From Candidatus Bathyarchaeota archaeon (GTDB lineage Archaea; Thermoproteota; Bathyarchaeia; 40CM-2-53-6), in assembly GCA_963726255.1 (NCBI GenBank), contig CAVSBL010000002.1, positions 1,728,001-1,792,000 on the forward strand: a stretch of DNA of 64,000 bases. Reading direction: 5' to 3'. Position numbers and translations under genes: made by a program. The notes below the pieces were generated by a model. That model did no database searches. It saw nothing but the letters and a program-made list of their open reading frames with translations, and was not told where the DNA came from. Below are positions 27,988-37,158 of this stretch, in pieces; position 1 is the first letter of the stretch; each line of letters begins with the position of its first letter.

Positions 27988-28395
27988 CTATCGCTTCTTT
28001 CCGTTCAGCATCATGTACGCACCGACGCCGATGAAGACTAGGGAGGCTAGCAGATTGAACACGAAAGTTAGGATAGCTACTGGAACGTACGGATTCGTGC
28101 AGTAGTACGGGTATGGGTATGGGAGCAACTGCTGTTTGCCGAAATTGTTCGGCATTGTGACATTGCTGATTATTGTACTGCTCGTAACAGTTACCGCGTT
28201 CGTAACGGGTGGAGGCGGTGGTATGCCTAACATTCCCGAGACGACTGGAATGTAGCAGTTGTAACTTAGCACGTTAGCTACTAAGTTGGATATTGAAATG
28301 AAGATTGAGACAACGGCGAAAGCCACAACGAACAATCCGACCCAGTAGAGTAGAAACTCCCTTCGGCTCGCTTCACTTCCACTCATAACAAGCAT
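27988..28395 (-). CDS. two-TM membrane protein with Pro/Thr-rich loop
   Basis: SRREFLL then a TM; loop with two Cys; C-terminal TM and KKR. Confidence 0.7.
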   Translation of the reverse strand: MLVMSGSEASRREFLLYWVGLFVVAFAVVSIFISISNLVANVLSYNCYIPVVSGMLGIPPPPPVTNAVTVTSSTIISNVTMPNNFGKQQLLPYPYPYYCTNPYVPVAILTFVFNLLASLVFIGVGAYMMLNGKKR

Positions 28396-28497
28396 CCTTC
28401 AGTAAGATTCTAGGAAGCCCCGTCATAAAAGTCCACAGAATAGAACAAGCCGTTTGGACCAAACTATAAATGAAGACCACCGCGGAACCGCATTCTG

Positions 28498-29409
28498 ATG
28501 AACATGAAATCTCTCACCCCGCATTTCTTGAGTCGTAGACGATTGGTTGGAATTTTCATCGTCGTGTTTGTGTTGGCTGGCGCTCTGGTGGGTTACGCGT
28601 CACAAACTCAAAGCTTCCCCGGCCCGAGTTTAGGCGGTTACGCTGCGGCCAATGGCTCTGCGGTTCCAAGCGTTCCTGGAGCCAATCAGCAAATCACTTT
28701 CGGAACCACGGTGGCAACTGCGACAGCCCCAGCCGGTTCCTACTCAACATCCTTCGGCGGGCGTATGGTTGAGCTTGATGGTTACTTGACGATTCAGGTG
28801 GATGATTTGAAGGCGGCGACTGATCAGGCTGCGCGGTTGGCCGCGTTATTCAACGGTTATGTTGCCGCTTCAGCCTTCGATGACAGCGGGTCTGGCGCAA
28901 GCATTACTCTGCGCATCCCAGAGGGCAACTTCACATCAGCAATGCACAGCCTCTCAAGCCTCGGTGTCGTGAAGGCTCAGTCGATATCGAGCAATGACGT
29001 GACCGAACAGTACGTCAACCTTCAGGCCCAGCTTGAATCATACACGACTGAAGAAGCTGTGTTACTTCGAATATTGAATTCATCAAAAACCGTTACGGAA
29101 GCGTTAGACACTGAGAACGCGATCCAGAACACGCAAGCTCAGATCAATGACCTCGAAGGCCAATTGCAGATAATGCAACGCCTCGTTGCCTTCGGTACGA
29201 TCAATATTCAGCTCATACGTCCGGCCCAGAGTCCAACCTTGGATTTTGGTGACGCGTTGAACTCAGCTCTGCTGGCGTTCTACACGGTTACGAAGGGAAT
29301 GCTGATACTTGGCGCATCACTTGTCCCAATAGCAATAATCGGCGGCATAGTCTACGTTCCATACAGGCGCTTCGCACAGAAGAAGCCGAAGCCCGTTGAG
29401 GCTCACTGA
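28498..29409 (+). CDS. DUF4349 domain membrane protein
   Basis: ITLRIP, SNDVTEQYVNLQAQL coiled coil, N- and C-terminal TMs. Confidence 0.85.
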   Translation: MNMKSLTPHFLSRRRLVGIFIVVFVLAGALVGYASQTQSFPGPSLGGYAAANGSAVPSVPGANQQITFGTTVATATAPAGSYSTSFGGRMVELDGYLTIQVDDLKAATDQAARLAALFNGYVAASAFDDSGSGASITLRIPEGNFTSAMHSLSSLGVVKAQSISSNDVTEQYVNLQAQLESYTTEEAVLLRILNSSKTVTEALDTENAIQNTQAQINDLEGQLQIMQRLVAFGTINIQLIRPAQSPTLDFGDALNSALLAFYTVTKGMLILGASLVPIAIIGGIVYVPYRRFAQKKPKPVEAH

Positions 29410-30090
29410 TTGCCCTCCGAAAGCGACGAAATTAGAAGGCTACTGAAACAACTCTACTTGCTTAGGTTGACGCTGTACCTGAGCTTCTTAGTCGCCCTAG
29501 GAACTACGGCTTTCATATTTCTCCCCGCATTCTTCCTATTTTCAGGTTATGGGCCTGCCGCGCCCGCCGCCCAGACAACATTCGCAACCACAACAGCAAC
29601 ACTCGCAAGTACCACAGCTACGACGCTGTTCACGAGTACTCCTTCGATTCCTGGACCGTTTGGTGTGGCAGGGCCCCCGTCGCCAAATCTGCTGAGCAAT
29701 TTCGGTTTGACCGCGCTGATTTCTTGGACAGTTTTTGGGGCGGCCCTCATATGGCGTGGGCACGTGCGATCAGTCTGGGGTCAAAGCCGCTTCAGCTATG
29801 ACACCTTCAGGCTTCTGGTGAGAATGCGCGGGGCCCAAACACGCCTCAAGCTCATGCATTCCCTCAACTCACCCAGGAACAAGCTACAGCTTGCAACCGC
29901 CCTACGAATAGACTGGAAAGCCGTAGACAAACATGTTCAGGTACTCGAGAAAAATGGCTTAATCCATGCATCGTCGACCAGTGGAACCGCAACCTTCTAC
30001 GAGGTCACCGAGAAAGGTAAAGACCTGCTTCAAGTTCTCGAACAGTTGGGTACTGAAAGCTCCCCTGACAGCAATCCACATTCCGGTTAA
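29410..30090 (+). CDS. membrane-tethered winged-helix (ArsR-like) transcription regulator
   Basis: Two TMs, then MRGAQTRLKLM...PRNKLQLATALRIDWKAVDKHVQVLEKNGLI...YEVTEKG. Confidence 0.82.
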   Translation: MPSESDEIRRLLKQLYLLRLTLYLSFLVALGTTAFIFLPAFFLFSGYGPAAPAAQTTFATTTATLASTTATTLFTSTPSIPGPFGVAGPPSPNLLSNFGLTALISWTVFGAALIWRGHVRSVWGQSRFSYDTFRLLVRMRGAQTRLKLMHSLNSPRNKLQLATALRIDWKAVDKHVQVLEKNGLIHASSTSGTATFYEVTEKGKDLLQVLEQLGTESSPDSNPHSG

Positions 30091-30207
30091 CGTGGACGGT
30101 GAAGAAGTTGGGTTGGTCATGCTTGGACTCCTTAGAGCAGCCGTGATAGCTCCTGTTGTACAAGCACTTTAGGCGACGCCATTCATCTTAACGAAATGTG
30201 AGATACA

Positions 30208-30939
30208 ATGGAGGATCGTCAGGACGCGTATGGCCACCAAATGTACGATTACCTGAGAAAGACCAGGGAGGTTTCGGAGATTGTGGAGCGGGATGACGGT
30301 TTCTTTGGTGTTTCCACGGGTGCAAAGTACTATTTTTCAGAATACAGGAGTTGGCACGACCGCGAAAGGAAAGCCATGCGATACGTGACGGGGAGAGTTC
30401 TTGATGTTGGGTGTGGTGCAGGACGGGTTTCCCTCTACCTGCAGAAGAAAGAGTTCGACGTCTTAGGCCTCGACGTATCCCCGCAGGCGATACGTGTCTG
30501 CAAGATTCGGGGCCTCAAGAACGCTCGCGTCATGCCAATAACGAAAATCAGTTCAAAGCTGGGTAGATTTGATACCGTGATAATGTTCGGAAACAACTTC
30601 GGCCTCTTCGGCAGCTGGAAAAGGGCTAAATGGCTACTCAAACGGTTCCACCGAATGACGACGGAGCATGCAAGAATCATCGCTGAGAGCCTCGATCCAT
30701 ACAATACCAATGACCCCGCTCACTTGCACTACCATAAGCTGAGCAGGCGAAGGGGCAGGATGGCAGGTCAGCTGAGGATACGGGTTCGGTACAGGGAATA
30801 CGCGACGCCTTGGTTCGACTATTTGCTCGTATCCAAACGAGAGATGCGCGACATACTGAAAGGTACAGGGTGGAGATTGAAGCGAACGCTGGATTCATCA
30901 AGGTCTCCAGCATACATTGCCGTTATTGAGAAGAAGTGA
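30208..30939 (+). CDS. class I SAM-dependent methyltransferase
   Basis: VLDVGCGAGR, FDTVIMFGNNFG. Confidence 0.9.
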   Translation: MEDRQDAYGHQMYDYLRKTREVSEIVERDDGFFGVSTGAKYYFSEYRSWHDRERKAMRYVTGRVLDVGCGAGRVSLYLQKKEFDVLGLDVSPQAIRVCKIRGLKNARVMPITKISSKLGRFDTVIMFGNNFGLFGSWKRAKWLLKRFHRMTTEHARIIAESLDPYNTNDPAHLHYHKLSRRRGRMAGQLRIRVRYREYATPWFDYLLVSKREMRDILKGTGWRLKRTLDSSRSPAYIAVIEKK

Positions 30940-31008
30940 GTAGGTTGGACGGATGTGGGTCGGTGAGGGTAAGAGGTAATTCCTCTCGTCGTGACCTGTG
31001 TGTTATCT

Positions 31009-31947
31009 ATGGATAATTTCGCTGACCGTTTGATTGACGCTGTCAAGAGGAAAGGCAATCCATGTGTCGTCGGGTTGGACCCTCGGGTTGACCAAATGCC
31101 TAATTTCATTACGGATGCCCTCACGGAAAAGTCTCCTGAAAGCGTTCGCCAAGCTATCACGCACTTTCACCGCACAGTCTTAGATGCGGCAGCGCAGTTG
31201 GTACCTGCGGTTAAACCGCAAATCGCCTTCTACGAACAATACGGCCTGGGCGGCATTTTGGCGTTCATGGACACTATTCAGATGGCCAAAGAGCGCGGGT
31301 TGATTGTGATTGTTGATGCGAAGCGGAATGATGTCGCAGCGACAGCGGAGGCTTATGCTAACGCGTTCCTGGGACGCACTCGACTGCCTTGGGGAGATGA
31401 ACCGGCATTCGATGCCGATTGCGTTACCATCTCACCCTTCCTTGGTCGTGACAGCTTGAACCCGTTCCTGAGGGCTTGCAGCAAGTACGGCAAAGGCGTT
31501 TTCATACTTGTTAAGACCTCTAACCCTGGATCACGCGACCTACAAGATGTGAAAGAAGCGGAATCGGGACAGCCAATCTACGTTCGCCTAGCCCGCACTG
31601 TCGCCGAATTGGGTCAGGAAACGATCGGGAAGAATGGTTACAGTTCAGTTGGGGCTGTGGTCGGTGCAACTTTTCCAGAACAGGCCAAAGAACTTAGGCA
31701 GCTAATGCCTCGCTCGATCATTCTGGTCCCAGGGTACGGATCACAGGGAGGAACCGCTCAGGACGCCGCCAAATGCTTCAACCCTGACGGGTTTGGAGCC
31801 ATAGTTAACGCATCCAGAAGCATAACATACACATTTCAAACTCCGAACGTCTCAGAAAAAGAGTATGCACATCTCGTTCGCAACAATGTTGAGAAAATGG
31901 CTGCGGAACTAAACACTGCGATACGTCGCCACGCGGGTATGAAGTAA
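31009..31947 (+). CDS. pyrF: orotidine-5'-phosphate decarboxylase (long subfamily-2 type)
   Basis: VGLDP, KPQIAFYE, DAKRND, KTSNPGS, VVGAT, PGYGSQGG, NASRSI. Confidence 0.93.
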   Translation: MDNFADRLIDAVKRKGNPCVVGLDPRVDQMPNFITDALTEKSPESVRQAITHFHRTVLDAAAQLVPAVKPQIAFYEQYGLGGILAFMDTIQMAKERGLIVIVDAKRNDVAATAEAYANAFLGRTRLPWGDEPAFDADCVTISPFLGRDSLNPFLRACSKYGKGVFILVKTSNPGSRDLQDVKEAESGQPIYVRLARTVAELGQETIGKNGYSSVGAVVGATFPEQAKELRQLMPRSIILVPGYGSQGGTAQDAAKCFNPDGFGAIVNASRSITYTFQTPNVSEKEYAHLVRNNVEKMAAELNTAIRRHAGMK

Positions 31948-31981
31948 TAGTTCACGAACTCAACAAACGAGGCGTTATCAA

Positions 31982-32554
31982 TTGGGCGAGCTTCTGATTC
32001 ACGTCGATGAGCAAGACAATGTGATAGGCTCGGTGGATAGGTTAAGAGCTCACCTAGACGAAGGAATTCTTCACAGAGGGCTGATGGTGGTTGTCAAGAA
32101 CGACGAGAACAAGATACTGCTAACGCAACGTTCCATGGATAGGCCTGACTTGGACTTTCCACCCCCGTTCCCTGGTTTCTGGGACATAACCATGGCAGGG
32201 CATCCAAAGTGGGGACAGACGGATTACGTTACGCAGATGGAGAACGAGTTGAAGGAGGAGTTGGGAGTCAACGTTAACGGGAGTGAGATCAAGTATCTGG
32301 GCAAATTCCAGTATCACGCCCCCGACCCGACATACCCCAACCCCGAGACCCCATCGACATTCAGACTAAGCGAACGTGAGATTTGCGGAGTAGGCGTTCT
32401 TCAAACGAACGAGAGTCCCGCCTTAGATTCCGTAGAGCTTCAGGCCTCAATGTGGGTGGAGGCTGGAGAACTCACGGACAAGTTAGCGTCACTCAACGTA
32501 GCTCCTTGGGCATTGTTGATGATAGAGAAGTTTCCTCGGTTCTGGACTGGATAG
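31982..32554 (+). CDS. idi: type-1 isopentenyl-diphosphate delta-isomerase-like Nudix protein
   Basis: VDEQDNVIG, H...LHRG, LLTQRS, FPGFWD...GHP, EELG, FQY, EREIC, PW. Confidence 0.75.
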   Translation: MGELLIHVDEQDNVIGSVDRLRAHLDEGILHRGLMVVVKNDENKILLTQRSMDRPDLDFPPPFPGFWDITMAGHPKWGQTDYVTQMENELKEELGVNVNGSEIKYLGKFQYHAPDPTYPNPETPSTFRLSEREICGVGVLQTNESPALDSVELQASMWVEAGELTDKLASLNVAPWALLMIEKFPRFWTG

Positions 32555-32610
32555 ACCAAGAGCGTGATCAACGCAATCTTGGCCGGATAATTGATGTGGA
32601 ATTGGCGGAG

Positions 32611-32922
32611 TTAGATTGTGAAGCCGAAAGCGGACGCGAAGGATTCTACTTTCCTGAAGTTGTTGAGGAATTCGATGCCCTTTTGGGTTAGGCTGTATGT
32701 TTTTTCGTCGATTCCGTTCTCCTGTATCACGCCTAAGGCTTTGAGTTCCTCTAGGTATTTAACGAGCCTATCATGAGAGAGGTTCGCCCCGTAGAGGATT
32801 CTTGTGGGTTTAGCTTCGTTGTTTTCGCGTTGGATGACGTGCATCATGTCGACGTAGATTCGGAACTGGGAGCGGTACTTTGAGACAGGCTTCGCTGCCT
32901 GCCCCTGTTCGCTGGGGATCAT
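32611..32922 (-). CDS. archaeal winged-helix transcription regulator (HTH_45-like)
   Basis: YRSQFRIYVDMM, KPTRILYGANLS, YSLTQKGIEFL. Confidence 0.88.
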   Translation of the reverse strand: MIPSEQGQAAKPVSKYRSQFRIYVDMMHVIQRENNEAKPTRILYGANLSHDRLVKYLEELKALGVIQENGIDEKTYSLTQKGIEFLNNFRKVESFASAFGFTI

Positions 32923-33542
32923 GCGGCATGGTTCACCCTTAGCAGCATTGCCAGTAACAGGAGGAAGCCGAACAATTGCGCGATGTGCGCGAACGGGAAG
33001 AAAATGGGGGCGATCGTGAAGAGCAGGAAGAATAGGTGGGCGACTGAGAGGGAGGCGAAGGCGCCGAAAACTAGCAGCGCGCTGGTGGACTTGTTTATGT
33101 TGTAATTGATTGCGGTATTGGTGGCTATGTAAACGAGGAGGAAGATCAGGATGAGTTCGGTTATGGCGTTGTGCTCGAAGAAGAGGGCTGGTACGGCGGC
33201 TGCCATCGCCACCTGCCCACCAACATTCTTCGCCTGTTGCATATACGCGAAAACCAGTAGCCCGTAAGCCAAGAGCTGTGCAAGGAGGTTAATCGTGTAG
33301 CCGAACGCGGATAGAAAGAGGAAGGCCCGGTGGAAGCGGGCGAGGAGAACGACCAAGTTCGCCAAGCCATCAATGAGGAGCCCTGCCCCCACCAAGCCGA
33401 AGCTCAGGTTCAGGTAGAGAAGCGTCCTTTCCTTCGAAAGCCTGTAACCCTTCAAAGCCTGGTAAGCAACGGCGCTCGCGATTGCGAAAGCGATGAACTC
33501 CATCAAGGAGTCGAAGCCAAAGAACCAGAGGGGGGCAAGCAT
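32919..33542 (-). CDS. polytopic (6-7 TM) membrane protein, possible sensor
   Basis: Hydrophobic throughout; ATGA overlap with the wHTH gene. Confidence 0.75.
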   Translation of the reverse strand: MLAPLWFFGFDSLMEFIAFAIASAVAYQALKGYRLSKERTLLYLNLSFGLVGAGLLIDGLANLVVLLARFHRAFLFLSAFGYTINLLAQLLAYGLLVFAYMQQAKNVGGQVAMAAAVPALFFEHNAITELILIFLLVYIATNTAINYNINKSTSALLVFGAFASLSVAHLFFLLFTIAPIFFPFAHIAQLFGFLLLLAMLLRVNHAA

Positions 33543-33641
33543 TAGCTATCAACACAGCCGCCTACAGCCCCTGAGGCGCCTTTTTCAGGGTTATGCATCC
33601 ATCGTTCAAAGGAATTCGAGTTATGAAAAAGGGTATGGAGT

Positions 33642-33803
33642 TTAGTTTGTGGCTAACTGGACGAGTTTTCCGTTCATGAAGAAACCCTTAAGGCCGCACA
33701 CTTCGCAGCGGGCTCCGAGCTGCAGGTCTGAGCCCTCTTCATAGTATACGTCAAGGGTCTTCTGGCCGCATCTTGGGCAAGTGCCGCCTTCGATCTTATC
33801 CAT
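33642..33803 (-). CDS. 53-aa zinc-ribbon protein (not in ORF track)
   Basis: MDKIEGGTCPRCGQKTLDVYYEEGSDLQLGARCEVCGLKGFFMNGKLVQLATN*. Confidence 0.75.
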   Translation of the reverse strand: MDKIEGGTCPRCGQKTLDVYYEEGSDLQLGARCEVCGLKGFFMNGKLVQLATN

Positions 33804-33954
33804 CACTTACCAAATTATTTACACACTTGCATCCATATAGGCCTGACAGGTGGCTGAAAATAACAGAAATGATACTAAGCCTAGCCGTGCCGCCTGAAGG
33901 CAGCGTTAACCGATTTTCGCCTCAAAAATGCGTTTTTAACCGCTCCAAAGGAAC

Positions 33955-34851
33955 GTGCCGTCCATGGACAGACTCACCTTAATGGGCCTTCCATTTTACA
34001 GCCTCTCAAAATACAGGGGCATAGGCAAGGCCGTAGGAGCCCTACGTTGGGCGGGAATTGCCGAAACCCTAGGCAAATCCGCTACGCACTTCACCGACCT
34101 AGGCGACCTTCGCTTGACACTGATAACTGAAGACCAGGGCCCACCGAATCTCAAGAATTTCCCACAATTCCTGCGCGATATGGACGCCGCGCAAGTAATG
34201 GCAAGCAGAGTTGGCTCTGACGACTTCGTATTCTGCCTTGGCGGAGAATGCATACTTGTAACAGGGACACTAGCCGGGTTCAAGAGCAGGTTCAAAGGCA
34301 AACCTGGAATGTTGTGGGTGGATGCCCACGGAGATTTCAACACTCCCGAAACAACAACTTCAGGGTTCCTTGGCGGGATGCCCCTCGCTTTCGCTTGCGG
34401 CCGCGGCCCCAAACTAAACCAAAACATAGAGGACGCGAGGCCGTTGCTTGAAGAGGAGAACGTTGTCCACTTGGGCAGCCGGGCCCTTGACCCCCTCGAA
34501 TCAGAAGCCATGTCCTCCTCACCAATGAAACTCTACCCCGCATCAACCATGCACAAGGAAGGTGCATCGAAAGTAGTCGCCGAAGCTACAGCCTACCTCG
34601 CGGACCATTCCGACTGGATAACCTGCCACTTAGACGTCGACTCAATCGACCCCACAATTGTTCCCGCTGTAAACTACCCAGAACCTGGCGGCCTAAGACT
34701 TGAGGAAGTCAAAACAGCGGTAAGAGCTCTGCAGAAAACCGGCAAATTGAAAGTCTTCAACCTAACCGCGTACAACCCAACATTGGACAAAGACCATGCG
34801 TCAGCCCAGAGACTTGTCACGTTGGTCGCGGAGCTTATGACCCCAGAATAG
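33955..34851 (+). CDS. arginase/ureohydrolase family protein
   Basis: LGGEC, DAHGDFNTP, HLDVDSIDP, PGGL, YNP. Confidence 0.9.
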   Translation: MPSMDRLTLMGLPFYSLSKYRGIGKAVGALRWAGIAETLGKSATHFTDLGDLRLTLITEDQGPPNLKNFPQFLRDMDAAQVMASRVGSDDFVFCLGGECILVTGTLAGFKSRFKGKPGMLWVDAHGDFNTPETTTSGFLGGMPLAFACGRGPKLNQNIEDARPLLEEENVVHLGSRALDPLESEAMSSSPMKLYPASTMHKEGASKVVAEATAYLADHSDWITCHLDVDSIDPTIVPAVNYPEPGGLRLEEVKTAVRALQKTGKLKVFNLTAYNPTLDKDHASAQRLVTLVAELMTPE

Positions 34852-34857
34852 GTAAGA

Positions 34858-35433
34858 GTGTTGGAACATTCGATGGGCACAGGACGAGTCGTATCCGTGA
34901 ACGTGGGATCACCCAGAAATGTCCTTTGGAACAACCACAAAGTAGCTACGGGTATCTTCAAAGAACCCGTTAACGGACGGGTGAGAATTCGAACCTTAGG
35001 GTTGGATGGCGACACTCAAGCTGACCCCATCGCTCACGGGGGCCCTAAGAAAGCCGTGTACGCATACCCCTCAGAGCACTACGAATTCTGGAAACGAGAA
35101 CTAAACCAAACATCAATGCCCTGGGGAATGTTCGGCGAAAACCTGACGACGCAAGGACTCTTGGAAGACGAGGCCCGCCTTAGGGATGAATATCGAATTG
35201 GCTCTGCGACGGTTGTGGTGACGCAGCCACGTTTTCCATGCTATAAGCTCGGCATAAAATTCGGATCGATGGAAATGGTAAGCCGATTTCAAGCAAGCGA
35301 CCGAAGTGGATTCTATTTCGCTGTAAAGGAAGAAGGAGAGGTAAGCGCGGGGGACAGGATCGAATTGATTCGCAGCCACAAGGCGCAGCCAACCATCGCA
35401 ACAATCTTCACTGCAAGAAAAGAAGAAACCTAA
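34858..35433 (+). CDS. MOSC domain protein (YiiM-like)
   Basis: TGIFKEP, HGGPKKAV, FGENLT, QPRFPCYKL, GFY. Confidence 0.9.
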   Translation: MLEHSMGTGRVVSVNVGSPRNVLWNNHKVATGIFKEPVNGRVRIRTLGLDGDTQADPIAHGGPKKAVYAYPSEHYEFWKRELNQTSMPWGMFGENLTTQGLLEDEARLRDEYRIGSATVVVTQPRFPCYKLGIKFGSMEMVSRFQASDRSGFYFAVKEEGEVSAGDRIELIRSHKAQPTIATIFTARKEET

Positions 35434-35632
35434 CACGATTAGGCATTGGAAAAGAGGAGAAGGTGGCCCTGTTGATTCTCCGCGAAAGAACCTAGAGGGA
35501 TATGGAGGAGACTGCGTAAGCTAGGTTGCCTGCGCTGTCTGTGAATTGAAGTTAAGGCTAGAAAGAAAGCCAAACTGACTTCTTCATGGATATCGTTTCT
35601 TACTTCCACACGCGCCAGGTGCGCGATTGGCG

Positions 35633-36406
35633 TCAAGCGTATCGGTTTAGGAACGGGATCGATGCGAGCGCCGACTCCCCTGCAATTATTCTCTTGAAAT
35701 CTAACTTTGGCCCATTCACGATCTTCAGCCAAGCGCGGTACTGGTGCTTGTTGGTTTCGATTATGTTGTAGGAATTGGAGAAGAACCCGCGGAGGCGTTC
35801 GGATGATAGGCTGCCAGCGTGGATTATGGGGATGCGGTTTAGGGTCCATTTCCACGGCCTATGCCTATGCCCGCAGAGAACTAGGCTTACCCCCGAACGG
35901 TCTAAGGCGCGCAGAACATCTCCGGCATCCAAGATTGGAATCGTATTAGGGCCAGTGTCCGGGACGGGCACCAAGTGGTGGTGCATCATAACCAACTTGA
36001 ACCGCCTCTTCTCCCTTCGCAGGACATTTTCAAGCCAAACGATTTGCCGGTGCCCCGCCTCACCATCATTGCGTTCAGGGCGGGCAGTACCTAGGGTTAG
36101 AACTAGGAGGTCCTTGGTGCGCATCATTGGCTTTGAGGGGAAGAATTGGCGGAACAGTAGGTATCCCGTGCTGCGGTAGTCGTGGTTACCGCTCGTGTAC
36201 AACCTATGCTTGCAATTGAACTGTTTCATTAATTCACCCGCGCCTTCGTACTGTGAAAGCAAACCGTTCTCGGTAAGATCACCAGTCACCAAGAGAAGAT
36301 CGGGGTCGAGCTCGTTGATTTCATCAACCGCCCGATGAAAGATGTCGTCCCGAAACTCGGGACCTACATGAATGTCGGAGATTTGGACGATTAGCACGCA
36401 ATTCAT
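35633..36406 (-). CDS. calcineurin-like metallophosphoesterase (CpdA-like)
   Basis: SDIH, GDLTE, GNHD, HHH, GHRH. Confidence 0.9.
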   Translation of the reverse strand: MNCVLIVQISDIHVGPEFRDDIFHRAVDEINELDPDLLLVTGDLTENGLLSQYEGAGELMKQFNCKHRLYTSGNHDYRSTGYLLFRQFFPSKPMMRTKDLLVLTLGTARPERNDGEAGHRQIVWLENVLRREKRRFKLVMMHHHLVPVPDTGPNTIPILDAGDVLRALDRSGVSLVLCGHRHRPWKWTLNRIPIIHAGSLSSERLRGFFSNSYNIIETNKHQYRAWLKIVNGPKLDFKRIIAGESALASIPFLNRYA

Positions 36407-36465
36407 CTGCCTAGCATACGCAAGTTTAATCCTCTTTAAAGAGCATATTCAGATGGAGATACGGA

Positions 36466-36819
36466 ATGACGCAAGAATCGGACAATGGAGCCGGGTTACC
36501 TTTCTGCCCCAAGTGTGGGTCACCAACCTCGCATCAATACAATTACTGCGAACATTGTGGGGCTCCAATAGGCATCCCTCAACCGACCGTAGCATGCGCG
36601 AATTGCGGCGCCAGCCTATACTCTGGAGATAGGTTCTGCTGGAAATGCGGATTACTAACACTGAAGCAACCTGCAAAGCCGGCCTTACCCATAGTTGTGA
36701 GAGCTCTGCTAGCGGCCTTTGTCTTAGTCCCAGTTATCGGCCTTGCGTTCTACAGGCTGTGGGGATGGGTGTCGCTTGGCGTTGGGATATGGCTTCTTTT
36801 TGCACTGATTCTCTCGTGA
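36466..36819 (+). CDS. double zinc-ribbon membrane protein
   Basis: Four CxxC motifs followed by two TMs. Confidence 0.75.
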   Translation: MTQESDNGAGLPFCPKCGSPTSHQYNYCEHCGAPIGIPQPTVACANCGASLYSGDRFCWKCGLLTLKQPAKPALPIVVRALLAAFVLVPVIGLAFYRLWGWVSLGVGIWLLFALILS

Positions 36820-36873
36820 GAGCTAGGAGTATTTAAGAAGACGGCCTATCCGACGTAGCAAACCCGAGGCTTC

Positions 36874-37158
36874 GTGATGATAACCGCGTTCGTTATGATG
36901 AACGCTGAGCGGGAACGCATTGCCGTAGTGCCTGATGAACTTCTGAAGATCGGTGGGGTGACAGAGGTTTACTCTGTAGCCGGAGATTTTGACCTCGTAG
37001 CCATAGTTCGCGTCAAGGAAGCTGAAGACCTCGCAAAAGTGGTAACTGAGGAATTCGTGAAAGTGCGCGGCATAACCCGAACGAGGACACTCATAGCCTT
37101 TCGGTGCTTCAGCAACTACGACCTAGACCACATGTTCCAGATAGGCTTCAAAAGCTAA
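36874..37158 (+). CDS. stand-alone Lrp/AsnC ligand-binding (RAM) domain protein
   Basis: AFVMMN, GVTEVYSVAGDFDLVA, TRTLI. Confidence 0.88.
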   Translation: MMITAFVMMNAERERIAVVPDELLKIGGVTEVYSVAGDFDLVAIVRVKEAEDLAKVVTEEFVKVRGITRTRTLIAFRCFSNYDLDHMFQIGFKS

